Notes under the pieces: model-generated | The model's database searches: none | Told to the model about the DNA's origin: nothing | What the model saw: the letters and a program-made list of their open reading frames with translations, nothing else | Source of the DNA: a virus | Lineage: Duplodnaviria; Caudoviricetes | DNA length: 64,000 bases | Reading direction: 5' to 3' (one strand) | IMG/VR virus record: IMGVR_UViG_3300020037_004820 | Part shown: one piece after another, positions 1 through 9,170 of the stretch | Position numbering within the stretch: the stretch's first letter is position 1 | Layout: every line of letters begins with the position of its first letter | Made by a program: the position numbers and the translations under genes

Positions 1-196
1 TTCCCTATATATTTGAATGCAGAATGTAAAAGATTATCCAATTCTATAGAAAAAACTAAAGAAAAAGTTAAAGAAGATAAAACTTTATATGAAAATATAA
101 AGTTAGCTTTATCTAATCTAAAATCTTCTTCTGTAAAATATAACGATGATTTATTCATATATTCTATACTGAAGCATCAACAGTTAGCAAGAGAAC

Positions 197-709
197 TTGA
201 AAATGGCGAATAAAGCAATAACTATAAAATTTAGACAGATATCTAAAACGTTAGATGGGAACTTGTTGATCGGAGATCATGAACAAGTTTATTTTGTTTT
301 ATCTCCTGAAAAAAGAAAAATTACTCTTATATCTAAACAAGATTTAAAAGATGATTTTTTCATGGTACAAAAACGCTTTTTAGAATTTGCTTTAAAATAT
401 GGAATGTTAGTAATGGGATCAGAATCCACAGGATATTTACCTGGGATGTTTGAATTTAGTTATCCAGAAAGTGACAAGCATGATTCAGTTAAAGTTATGT
501 TACGTTTAATATCGATGTTTATTACTGGTGAAAAAGCTATCTATGACAGAATAAATGCACATGAAGAAGAGATGGAAAAACGTTTATTAGATCCTGATGA
601 AGAAAATTCTACAGAATTAGGAGAAGTTCCTCATGAAGATAAAAAAGGTGTAAAAATAAACAATCCTTATCTTAGTTATATGACCTCATGGTTCGGGTGG
701 TACGTCTAA
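197..709 (+). CDS. hypothetical phage protein (head module)
   Basis: 170-aa ORF tightly packed with neighbours in the head gene cluster. Confidence 0.6.
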   Translation: MKMANKAITIKFRQISKTLDGNLLIGDHEQVYFVLSPEKRKITLISKQDLKDDFFMVQKRFLEFALKYGMLVMGSESTGYLPGMFEFSYPESDKHDSVKVMLRLISMFITGEKAIYDRINAHEEEMEKRLLDPDEENSTELGEVPHEDKKGVKINNPYLSYMTSWFGWYV

Positions 710-1326
710 TGAATGAAATAACTCTAAATAAAAATGATTTACTTGATATAATCAAAGAAGAAATAGTACGTTTTTCTGAAAAGAAAGAACACAACGAAAT
801 TGTCAATAACTTTGCAAATAAATTTTCAACTGTATTTGTAGAAGCTTTAGAACTAAAAGACACAGATTCTAAGGACAAAATTTTTACAGAAGCTGTAAAT
901 TTTGTCAAAAAATACAAAAAAGAAATAATCGCCTCTACAGTTGACCCTACCTTTTTAAAGTTACGTGAACAATATCAAATTGTCACTAAAAATAAAAACA
1001 GAAATATTCTAGGATTAGTTGAAACTAAATTGTCTTCATTAAATGAATCAAAATCTCCTTCTAAAAATATTATATTAGAAGGAGATTTATTTTTCGGATT
1101 AGAAGATAATGTTTTAAGATTAGGGGAGTATAAAGGCAAAGAAGTTGTTATAAATGTTCCATTTTTAGGAAACGAGAAAAAGTACAAGATATATATTGAA
1201 AATAAAGGTAAAATAGAGAAAGTAGAATTTGGGGAATCTAATATGTCTATAAAAAAATCTAACCCAAATTTGAATGAACAATCTGTATGGATTTGTAAAA
1301 ATTGGACAGAAGGTACTGATAAATGA
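709..1326 (+). CDS. hypothetical virion-associated protein
   Basis: ATG at 709 overlaps the upstream TAA; C-terminal YKGKEV..NVP..KKYKIY..KVEFG..W.CK.W resembles a common large-phage family. Confidence 0.55.
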   Translation: MNEITLNKNDLLDIIKEEIVRFSEKKEHNEIVNNFANKFSTVFVEALELKDTDSKDKIFTEAVNFVKKYKKEIIASTVDPTFLKLREQYQIVTKNKNRNILGLVETKLSSLNESKSPSKNIILEGDLFFGLEDNVLRLGEYKGKEVVINVPFLGNEKKYKIYIENKGKIEKVEFGESNMSIKKSNPNLNEQSVWICKNWTEGTDK

Positions 1327-1955
1327 GTTTAAAATCAGAACGTCTATTATTAAAAGAATTTTATGATTTAGATGACAAATGGCTTAAAGAAAATAAGTCA
1401 AGTTCTGGTACTATTTTTTTAACAGGTATAATTCAAAGAGCTGATAAGAAAAATCAAAATGGAAGAATTTATCCAAGAAAAGTTTTAGAAGCTGCCTTTG
1501 AGGCATACAAAAAAAAGATAAAGGATAATAGATCTGCTGGAGAAGCAAATCATCCATCTAATAGCGTAGATATAGATCTATTGAAAATTTCCCATATCAT
1601 AAAAGATATATGGTGGGAAGGAGACGATCTTTACGGACGTTTACAAATAACTTCTAATACTGTAGGTAAAGATATACAAGCATTAATCAATGACGGTTTA
1701 ATGTTAGGCATATCTTCTAGAGGATATGGCTCTGTTTCTAAAAAAGATGGAGATATTATAGTAAATGAAGATTTCGAATTAGTTTGCTTTGACTTAGTAC
1801 ATGATCCTTCGACAACAGGAGCATTTGTTCTAAAAGAAGGTGTATATGTCAAGGTACAAGAAACTGATTTGTTCACAGAGAAAAAACTTATTATACCCGA
1901 ACAAAAAAAATTACATACACTTGTTGAACAAATTCTACAAATAAAGAAGGTGTAA
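1323..1955 (+). CDS. prohead core protease (T4 gp21-like)
   Basis: GIIQRADKKNQNGRIYP, GEANHP (His), GISSRGYGS (Ser), FDLVHDPST motifs. Confidence 0.93.
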   Translation: MSLKSERLLLKEFYDLDDKWLKENKSSSGTIFLTGIIQRADKKNQNGRIYPRKVLEAAFEAYKKKIKDNRSAGEANHPSNSVDIDLLKISHIIKDIWWEGDDLYGRLQITSNTVGKDIQALINDGLMLGISSRGYGSVSKKDGDIIVNEDFELVCFDLVHDPSTTGAFVLKEGVYVKVQETDLFTEKKLIIPEQKKLHTLVEQILQIKKV

Positions 1956-1956
1956 A

Positions 1957-2397
1957 ATGGCTGGATTAACTAGAAAAGATATTAAAGATATAATGAAAGA
2001 AGCTGTAAAAGAAGCATTAACAGACAACACACTTCTTAAAGAGATGATTGCTGAATGTATAAAAACTTCGGTAGTTACAATACTTAAAGAAATAAATATA
2101 CAAGATACTCAAATAACAGAGAGTAGAGATGTTAGACCTTCACAATCTTTGTTTCAAGAAAAACCGTTGATTACTTCTGCGTCTAAAACAAATGTAGGTA
2201 AAAAACCTGTACAACAAAGACCTCCAAGTGAGCCAGCTTTTTCACCAGAAGCAATGAGAGCTATGTTTGAAAATGAATTTGGAGTGGGAACACCTTCGGC
2301 AGCACCACACAGTAATCCAGCTAAAATAAACATTCAGGATATGAATGATACAGAAGAAGATGATCCTCGTGTCTTAAGGGCATTAGGAATAAGATAA
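1957..2397 (+). CDS. hypothetical head-associated protein
   Basis: ORF in the head operon with good RBS spacing. Confidence 0.6.
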   Translation: MAGLTRKDIKDIMKEAVKEALTDNTLLKEMIAECIKTSVVTILKEINIQDTQITESRDVRPSQSLFQEKPLITSASKTNVGKKPVQQRPPSEPAFSPEAMRAMFENEFGVGTPSAAPHSNPAKINIQDMNDTEEDDPRVLRALGIR

Positions 2398-2406
2398 GGA
2401 GTTAAA

Positions 2407-2634
2407 ATGAAACCGTTAAATTTTGAAGTAGTAGAAAAGCCAGGAGAATCAACTGATAAGTTGATCAAGAAATTTTTGAAGAAAACATCTAGAAATAAGA
2501 TTGTACAAACCTGTTTAGATAAGATGTATTTTCAAAGTGATTCAAGTAAAGGACGTAATAAACGCTCTAGAAAGAAGTATATAAAGCAAAAAATCCAAGA
2601 GAATCATGAAAAAGCTATAAACTCTGAAAAATGA
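2407..2634 (+). CDS. rpsU: ribosomal protein bS21 homologue
   Basis: 75 aa, very basic, V..KPGES.DKLIKKFLKK pattern and YF..S.K...K tail; RBS AAGGAG; sits among head genes. Confidence 0.72.
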   Translation: MKPLNFEVVEKPGESTDKLIKKFLKKTSRNKIVQTCLDKMYFQSDSSKGRNKRSRKKYIKQKIQENHEKAINSEK

Positions 2635-2646
2635 GAAAAATACTAA

Positions 2647-2653
2647 CTATTTA
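2647..2653 (+). promoter_or_regulatory. putative late promoter motif CTATTTA (scaffold gene)
   Basis: CTAWTTA recurs in intergenic DNA before late genes at 2647, 3863, 5701, 6247, 9137 and 48899. Confidence 0.65.
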
Positions 2654-2681
2654 CGTGTGACTATACAGGAAGATATAAAAT

Positions 2682-3851
2682 ATGCCACAATCAGATGATA
2701 TATTACAACAAGCTATTTTAGATGTAAACAAGATTAAAAATGTTAGTCTTAAAGTGGCTAAAGAAAAATTACAGCAACAATACTCCAATGATTTACGTAA
2801 AAAATATATCAAAGAGATGACTGATAATTTTGGTGATAATGATGATATAACATTATTCGAGGATATCAATGATATCTTGGGGGAAGACGATCCAAACGCT
2901 TCACCCGAGGGTGATACTCCCGGCGCAATTCCTGGTCAACCTAAACCTGGGGAACCTACACCCGGAGTAGGTGCTCCTGAAACTGGATTAACTCCATCAC
3001 CAGAAGGTGAAAATGGATTACCTCCACAAGCAGGTGCAGTTGATTCTCCCGTTTTACAATCAGATATTCCAGTTGCTGGAGTAGATGATACGTCTAATGG
3101 ATCTGTAATAGTTCTTAATTTAGGGGATGGAGAATCTCCATTCGATCTAGATGCGAACGAAGCTGATCTTAAAGCACAGACTTCTGAATTATTGGCGGGA
3201 CAACAAGGTGTTCCTCCTCAAGATCCAACCGCAGCACTTCCGGGTTCTAATCCTGTTGATGCTACGGGCGGAATGTTGCCTCCAGAAGAACAAGGAAGAC
3301 GTTCTGGAGAAGATCCTATTTTTGCAGGAATCTTTGATGAAGAAGATCCATATTTGCAAGAACCAGGACTTAGAGCTGAAGGCTCTTTAAAAATTTCTGA
3401 TGAAATTTTACTAGAATATATACAAAAATCATTGAATAATGAAGATAATTTCAAAACTCTATATTCGACTATAGAGAAATTACAAACAGATGTCGATAAT
3501 TTGTCTAAACAACTGAATAAATCTAATTCGGATTTGACAAATCTAAAAGAACAAAACATTCGCTTAATGTATAAAAATCAAGCACTTAATGATGACTCTC
3601 TGAGTGAGCCACAAAAACAAAGTATTGTCAAGGCACTAGATAAAGCTAAGACTCTAAGTGAAGCTAAAGCTGTTTATGAAACAGTTGCAACTTCGACCTC
3701 AAAACCAAACAAAAAAGCTACAGACGTTAATACTCTTTTAGCAGATAATGCAACTCGTAAATTTCTGAATGAAGATAAACAATCTCCAACAGAAGAAAAA
3801 CCAGAATTAACATCTATAACTAAAAAATTGTTTGAGAAATGGGGAATTTGA
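2682..3851 (+). CDS. prohead scaffolding protein (gp22-like)
   Basis: acidic/Pro-rich middle, C-terminal coiled coil, directly upstream of the major capsid gene. Confidence 0.7.
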   Translation: MPQSDDILQQAILDVNKIKNVSLKVAKEKLQQQYSNDLRKKYIKEMTDNFGDNDDITLFEDINDILGEDDPNASPEGDTPGAIPGQPKPGEPTPGVGAPETGLTPSPEGENGLPPQAGAVDSPVLQSDIPVAGVDDTSNGSVIVLNLGDGESPFDLDANEADLKAQTSELLAGQQGVPPQDPTAALPGSNPVDATGGMLPPEEQGRRSGEDPIFAGIFDEEDPYLQEPGLRAEGSLKISDEILLEYIQKSLNNEDNFKTLYSTIEKLQTDVDNLSKQLNKSNSDLTNLKEQNIRLMYKNQALNDDSLSEPQKQSIVKALDKAKTLSEAKAVYETVATSTSKPNKKATDVNTLLADNATRKFLNEDKQSPTEEKPELTSITKKLFEKWGI

Positions 3852-3862
3852 GCAAATAAAGA

Positions 3863-3869
3863 CTATTTA
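3863..3869 (+). promoter_or_regulatory. putative late promoter motif CTATTTA (major capsid gene)
   Basis: 29 nt upstream of the capsid ATG. Confidence 0.65.
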
Positions 3870-3898
3870 GTGGTATAACTCACTAGGAGAAAAATAAA

Positions 3899-5614
3899 AT
3901 GGATGATTTTCTAAAAGTAATAATGGATAGCGATGTTATCGAATCCAGATTAGATAAAGACAATAAGCTTGTTGAAAAATGGGGCAAGTATGGTTTCCTT
4001 AAGGGGATCACTGACGACAACAAGAAAAGAACTATAGCTCGTTTGTTTGAGAACCAAAAGAATCAAATGAAGAGACAAATTGTGCTAGAGCAAACCTCTA
4101 TGGCAGGAGGTGATGTTCAAGGGTTTGCAGCGGTTTCTATGCCGATTATTCGAAGAGTCTTCGGTAACTTAATCGGAGCTTCTGAAGTTGTATCTGTACA
4201 ATCTCTTGATCAGCCTGTTGGTCTTATATTCGTATTAGACTTCACTGCTGGAACAAATAAAGGTGGAATGGGTCTTGCTCAAAACGCTTCTATTTATGGT
4301 CAAGGTAGAGTTGGTGCACAGATTCTGAGCGGAGCTGATTTATCAGGTATCAACGCAGAAACTGGTTTCACTGCTCTTAACCAAGGTTATACACAACCTT
4401 CTGGATCTGTTACCATGGTTGCTGCAACTACTTTCGGGTCGTTCTTAGCATCTGGTACAGTTGGTGGAATTGATAATACTTTAGATAGATGGGTAAGATT
4501 TGATCAAGATTTATCTGGATCTTTCGTTGCCGTGTTGACTGCTTCTAAAGGATTGTTCCCACAATTGTTAGAAAAATCTTATATGGCGATTGCTGACTCT
4601 TCTACAACTTCTGGAACTTTGGTTAAGAGATTAATCCAAGAATACGCTCCAGATCCTACAAAAGTTGTATTGATTTACTCTGGTGCATCTCTTGGTGCTC
4701 TGAATGAATTAACAAATACAGCTAACCTTCGTACATACAAATATCCTATCTATGACAACTTTGCATCTGTAAACGGTGTATATTCTGCCATACAAGGTAC
4801 AACTCCTTGGGGATTTGAATGGGACGGTTCTGCTGGACAAAACGGTGAAATTCCTGAAATCGACTTGAAAGTTGAAGCATTCAATATTCAAACTAACACT
4901 AGAATGTTGAGAGCAAAATGGACAGCGCAGGTTTCACAAGACTTAGCGGCATGGCAAAATATGGATGCAGAAGTGGAATTGACTTCTGTTCTTTCAGAAC
5001 AAGTTGCAATGGAAATTGACATGGAGGTTCTAAAGGACCTTGTTGAAGGTGGAAAAGCAACTGTTAGATACTGGTCACGTAGACCTGGACGTTTCGTTAC
5101 TCGTACAACGGGTGAAGTTATTCCTGCTGCGCAAACTGGTGACTTTACAGGTAACGTTGCAGAATGGTATCAGACCTTATTGGAAACAATAAACGATATC
5201 TCTGCACAGATTGCACGTAAGGTTCTAAGAGGTGGTGCAACTTTCCTTGTAACTTCTCCAGAAGTTCAATCGATTCTTGAATCTACAAATCAATGGTATG
5301 CTACAACTACGGTTGGAGAATCTGAGAAAGGTGGTCAAGCTGGATTGAAGAAAGAAGGTTCTGTTTCGAAGAAATGGGATGTTATGGTTAGCCCTTACTT
5401 CCTAAGAAACGTTATATTAGTTGGACGTAAAGGTTCTTCTAATCTAGAAACAGGATATGTATACGCTCCTTATGTTCCTCTTATCACTTCTCCTACAATT
5501 CCTAATCCAGATAACCTGTTTGTGTACAACAAGGGTGTTATGACAAGATATGGAAAGAAAATGATTAGACCAGATATGTACGCCTTGTGCATCATATTGA
5601 ATCTTGAAGGCTAA
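3899..5614 (+). CDS. major capsid protein (T4 gp23-like)
   Basis: LVEKW, PIIRRVF, VSVQS...PVGLIF, RMLRAKWT..QDL, EID.EVL, YAPYVPL, GVMTRYG motifs; likely maturation site near VLE64. Confidence 0.96.
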   Translation: MDDFLKVIMDSDVIESRLDKDNKLVEKWGKYGFLKGITDDNKKRTIARLFENQKNQMKRQIVLEQTSMAGGDVQGFAAVSMPIIRRVFGNLIGASEVVSVQSLDQPVGLIFVLDFTAGTNKGGMGLAQNASIYGQGRVGAQILSGADLSGINAETGFTALNQGYTQPSGSVTMVAATTFGSFLASGTVGGIDNTLDRWVRFDQDLSGSFVAVLTASKGLFPQLLEKSYMAIADSSTTSGTLVKRLIQEYAPDPTKVVLIYSGASLGALNELTNTANLRTYKYPIYDNFASVNGVYSAIQGTTPWGFEWDGSAGQNGEIPEIDLKVEAFNIQTNTRMLRAKWTAQVSQDLAAWQNMDAEVELTSVLSEQVAMEIDMEVLKDLVEGGKATVRYWSRRPGRFVTRTTGEVIPAAQTGDFTGNVAEWYQTLLETINDISAQIARKVLRGGATFLVTSPEVQSILESTNQWYATTTVGESEKGGQAGLKKEGSVSKKWDVMVSPYFLRNVILVGRKGSSNLETGYVYAPYVPLITSPTIPNPDNLFVYNKGVMTRYGKKMIRPDMYALCIILNLEG

Positions 5615-5642
5615 TTTTTTACCCTAGAAATAGGGGCAAAAT

Positions 5643-5669
5643 AAACCGACCGTAAATGGTCGGTTTTTT
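5643..5669 (+). terminator. rho-independent terminator after the capsid gene
   Basis: AAACCGACCG-taaa-TGGTCGGTTT stem followed by a T-run. Confidence 0.85.
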
Positions 5670-5733
5670 GTTTTAATCATATTTTTATCTTTTCCAAACA
5701 CTAATTACTGTGTATTTAGGGAGAACTATCACA

Positions 5734-6180
5734 ATGGGTATATCAAAGCGTGCATTTGCGGAGTTAACAGCTAAAGCTGTTTCCAATTCTTTTGTTTCAC
5801 AATCATTTTCTAGCTCGTTTCATCAAAACGTCAACTCTGTCAGATTGAACTTAACAGGTGTATATAATACATTTGTATTGACCCCATCTGGATCAGGTCG
5901 TGCGAAAGTTGTAGGTATCCAAGCACATCCCAATGATAGCGCAAACGCATACTCTATGAGTTATGGTGTGTTCTCAGTAGGTGTCCCTGGTGGTGCAATG
6001 TTACAAGGAAACGCAGGATATTTCACTGGTGTTATAACTGGTGGAACAACTCGTACAGCATCTCTAAATACAGATGCTTCTAAACTTGTAATTGCTCCGG
6101 GTAGCTTATGCTATCTATCTTCTACAAACCATACTGGCGCAATGGCAGTAGAAATTTTCTATAAGACAGAAGTTATATAA
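5734..6180 (+). CDS. putative head decoration/structural protein
   Basis: beta-rich G/S/T composition; own late motif (5701), RBS GGAGA and terminator; ATG 5734 preferred over GTG 5710. Confidence 0.55.
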   Translation: MGISKRAFAELTAKAVSNSFVSQSFSSSFHQNVNSVRLNLTGVYNTFVLTPSGSGRAKVVGIQAHPNDSANAYSMSYGVFSVGVPGGAMLQGNAGYFTGVITGGTTRTASLNTDASKLVIAPGSLCYLSSTNHTGAMAVEIFYKTEVI

Positions 6181-6201
6181 ATCTACAGTAAATGATTGAA
6201 T

Positions 6202-6232
6202 AAAAGGAACAGATGAGAATCTGTTCCTTTTT
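6202..6232 (+). terminator. rho-independent terminator
   Basis: AAAAGGAACAGAT-gaga-ATCTGTTCCTTTT. Confidence 0.85.
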
Positions 6233-6268
6233 ATTTTAAGTTTTAGCTATTTATGACGAGGAATTACC

Positions 6269-6565
6269 ATGGAAAATAAACAATTATTGGCCGAAAAGAA
6301 ATTTCTATTGAATTGTGGATATTCAATGGACGAAGTTGCATCATTAGTAGAAGGATTTGGAGTTACCGATGCTTTGCCAGAAGGACCAGAAGGTCACCCC
6401 TCTCAATTAAATCCAAATGAAGGTGCAACACAAGCTGCAAAAGATCGTGCTTCTGCACAATTTACTCAATTATTATCTATACTAAACAATCTATGGAGAG
6501 GGAAAATTCCTCCTCAAATTAGAGAAATAAGTACAGAAATTGCTAGATATTTTACAACTAATTGA
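6269..6565 (+). CDS. hypothetical late protein
   Basis: RBS GAGG, late motif at 6247. Confidence 0.6.
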   Translation: MENKQLLAEKKFLLNCGYSMDEVASLVEGFGVTDALPEGPEGHPSQLNPNEGATQAAKDRASAQFTQLLSILNNLWRGKIPPQIREISTEIARYFTTN

Positions 6566-6577
6566 GGATAAAATACA

Positions 6578-7819
6578 ATGTCTACAGTATATCTCGATCC
6601 AACAAGTCAATTGTCTAGTAAAAAGTTACCACCAACTGGAACTTATACCAATGTGTTAACCATGTTACCAGATTTGGTATATACATCTAGTGCATTCATA
6701 ACAGGTGCAGTAAATGCTGTTGCTTTAGCATATGATTTTTATGCAGGTAACATTTTAGATATAGAACTTGAGGAGAGAAACTGCTATAGATATTATCAAA
6801 TGGCTGTATTAAAATACTCATATTTACTTAATACCCATCATGCAAAAAATATATTGTATGAAATGTTAGGTTTTCAAACTGCAACTTTTAATGCAAATGG
6901 TACAATATCTGTTGGTCAAGATCTTTCTCTTAAAAATCCCAATTTTTCACTTGCTTATGCAAGAAATATGGGAGCAGCTTTTGGAGGAGAAATAGGCGTA
7001 GGAGGATATATACCAACCTATTCAGCTTCTTTTCAAGCTGTAAATGAACAACAAGATTATGATTTACAAGAGTTGATAGGAAATTCAGCAGAGTTTAGCG
7101 GAATTGTACAAGGAAAACGACTTATAGTTAAAGAAGTTTTCTTTAAAACTCCTTATACTGGTTGGACATTTTTTGGAGGCATGGGAAGTTATGGATCTGT
7201 TGCAGGATACAGTTCTTACAATGGATATGCAAATAGATCAACTTTTCAAGTTACCCCTGTTTGGGAAGATAAATTACGTTTAGCTAACTTTGAAGATGCT
7301 ATAACAACTAGAACATCTAACTTTTCTTACGAATTGATTAACAATAAATTGCGTTTATATCCAATACCTAGAGCCCATGCATACGGTGCGCCATCTAAAT
7401 ATTGGATTAGATTTTCAATTGATGATAGTCCTTTATCAGCTTCTAATGGTATAACAACTTCCTCTATAGAAGGTATAAATAACTTGAACACGCTACCGCT
7501 AGGTAATTTACCTGTAGAGAATATCAATGGTCCAGGTCATCAGTGGATCAAAGAATACTTCCTTGCATTATGTGCAAAAGCCCTTGCATTAGTTAGAGGA
7601 AAATTTGGGTCTATACCTTTACATGGTGGAAGAAATATAACCTTGAATAGTGCTGATTTATTATCTACTGGAAAAGAAGATCTTAAAGATTTGGAAGAAA
7701 AATTAATTAAATTATTAGATGATATGGTTCGTCCAGAATTGGCAAAGAAGAAACAAGAGCAAATAGAAGCAAATACTGCTATTTTAGCTAATGTTCCTTT
7801 GTTTATCCATGTGAGATAA
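6578..7819 (+). CDS. neck/head-tail adaptor protein (gp13-like)
   Basis: ILDIELEE, QQDYDL, LRLYPIP, WIKEYFLALC..L..VRGKFGSIP...TLN. Confidence 0.82.
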   Translation: MSTVYLDPTSQLSSKKLPPTGTYTNVLTMLPDLVYTSSAFITGAVNAVALAYDFYAGNILDIELEERNCYRYYQMAVLKYSYLLNTHHAKNILYEMLGFQTATFNANGTISVGQDLSLKNPNFSLAYARNMGAAFGGEIGVGGYIPTYSASFQAVNEQQDYDLQELIGNSAEFSGIVQGKRLIVKEVFFKTPYTGWTFFGGMGSYGSVAGYSSYNGYANRSTFQVTPVWEDKLRLANFEDAITTRTSNFSYELINNKLRLYPIPRAHAYGAPSKYWIRFSIDDSPLSASNGITTSSIEGINNLNTLPLGNLPVENINGPGHQWIKEYFLALCAKALALVRGKFGSIPLHGGRNITLNSADLLSTGKEDLKDLEEKLIKLLDDMVRPELAKKKQEQIEANTAILANVPLFIHVR

Positions 7820-7820
7820 T

Positions 7821-8366
7821 ATGAATGAAGAATATATATCTTTATCTAAATTGTTAGACGAGTTTTATAGAAGAAAAATAACTAAAGGAACATTATTAAG
7901 AAGTTTAGAGAATTATTATAGTTTAAACTCAAATTTAGTTATAACCTATGCAGATTCAAATTATTATGCATGTTATGATATAAATAAATTACCTTTGACG
8001 AAAAAAGATATTTATAAACCAGATAAAACAATAAAAAATAACACTCAAAAAATCTATTTAGTTAGAAAAAATATATACGGAAAGAAAAGAACTATAGAAT
8101 TTGTAATCTCATTATTTATAACAAAAGAAAATATTGCAAAAATAGATACTCAAATATTTGAATCTAAAAATGGTAAAATACTTTCATATTGGTTTTCACA
8201 AATAGAGGATTTTGAAGATACATTACAAGAATCTGAAGATTTAATCTTGCGCAAAATAGATGGAATGATTATAGATGTAAAAGAAGTAAGGAATGAGCAA
8301 CTTATATTAACCTCTAGTGAAAAACCAAAAATTCTAAAACGATTTAAAAATCTGGATATTGATTAA
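7821..8366 (+). CDS. hypothetical protein
   Basis: 181-aa ORF, very AT-rich, tight spacing. Confidence 0.55.
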   Translation: MNEEYISLSKLLDEFYRRKITKGTLLRSLENYYSLNSNLVITYADSNYYACYDINKLPLTKKDIYKPDKTIKNNTQKIYLVRKNIYGKKRTIEFVISLFITKENIAKIDTQIFESKNGKILSYWFSQIEDFEDTLQESEDLILRKIDGMIIDVKEVRNEQLILTSSEKPKILKRFKNLDID

Positions 8367-8631
8367 AATGAAAATAGATAACATAACATTTACTAACATT
8401 AAAGAAAACACTTCTGTATTTCAAATATTAAGCAAACAAATGTTTAGTATGCAACGTGAAATTGCAGCTACTTTAGGTGCAAATAAAAAATATGCAGAAG
8501 CTAAATTATTTCTTTCTAAAAGCAATTTTTTGATAGCTGCGCTTAGTAAGGCTAAAGATGAGGATACTTTAAGCAAAGTTAGAATAGCTTTTATTAATTT
8601 ATGTGATCAATATAAAGAGGATATTAAATAA
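8359..8631 (+). CDS. hypothetical protein
   Basis: short ORF with TAATG coupling to the next gene. Confidence 0.5.
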   Translation: MIKMKIDNITFTNIKENTSVFQILSKQMFSMQREIAATLGANKKYAEAKLFLSKSNFLIAALSKAKDEDTLSKVRIAFINLCDQYKEDIK

Positions 8632-9116
8632 TGCCAAAATGGGACAGACCAACTTCCGCACCCCCTCCATTATACGTAAACAAACCTGAAAGGGATTTTC
8701 AGAAACAAATTGCGGATGAGATACAGGATTACGTTCTTCCATATGAAGGATTGTATTTTGCAGTTGATGTTGAAAGAACTAAATGGCATCCAATCTATAA
8801 AGAAGCTATAGAAAAATTTTACTATGATCCAGTTTATATAAGATTTTTTGCTGATTATGATGATAAAAATACAACAACAACAAAATATGGAAAAGATAGA
8901 AAATCAGAAGTTGTATTTCATTTTCATAAACGACGTATAAATGAAGATTTAAATCTTGTTGTAACAGAAGGTGATTTAATCTATTATAATGAGGAATATC
9001 ATGAGATAAAAAAACTTGCAGAACCGGAAGGTTTATGGGATCAAGTTCAATTTAAAAATGGTGTTACAGCTTATTGTGAAAAGAGTAGAAATGTTCCCTT
9101 GTTTGAAACTAAATAA
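8631..9116 (+). CDS. head completion/neck protein (gp14-like)
   Basis: HPIYKEAIEK, VVFHFHKRR, EGDLIYY..YHEI; position before the sheath gene. Confidence 0.78.
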   Translation: MPKWDRPTSAPPPLYVNKPERDFQKQIADEIQDYVLPYEGLYFAVDVERTKWHPIYKEAIEKFYYDPVYIRFFADYDDKNTTTTKYGKDRKSEVVFHFHKRRINEDLNLVVTEGDLIYYNEEYHEIKKLAEPEGLWDQVQFKNGVTAYCEKSRNVPLFETK

Positions 9117-9136
9117 GAGCTTTGAGGAAAAAATTC

Positions 9137-9143
9137 CTAATTA
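9137..9143 (+). promoter_or_regulatory. putative late promoter motif CTAATTA (sheath gene)
   Basis: 27 nt upstream of the sheath ATG. Confidence 0.6.
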
Positions 9144-9170
9144 TAGATGTATAAATTGGAGATAACTTAG

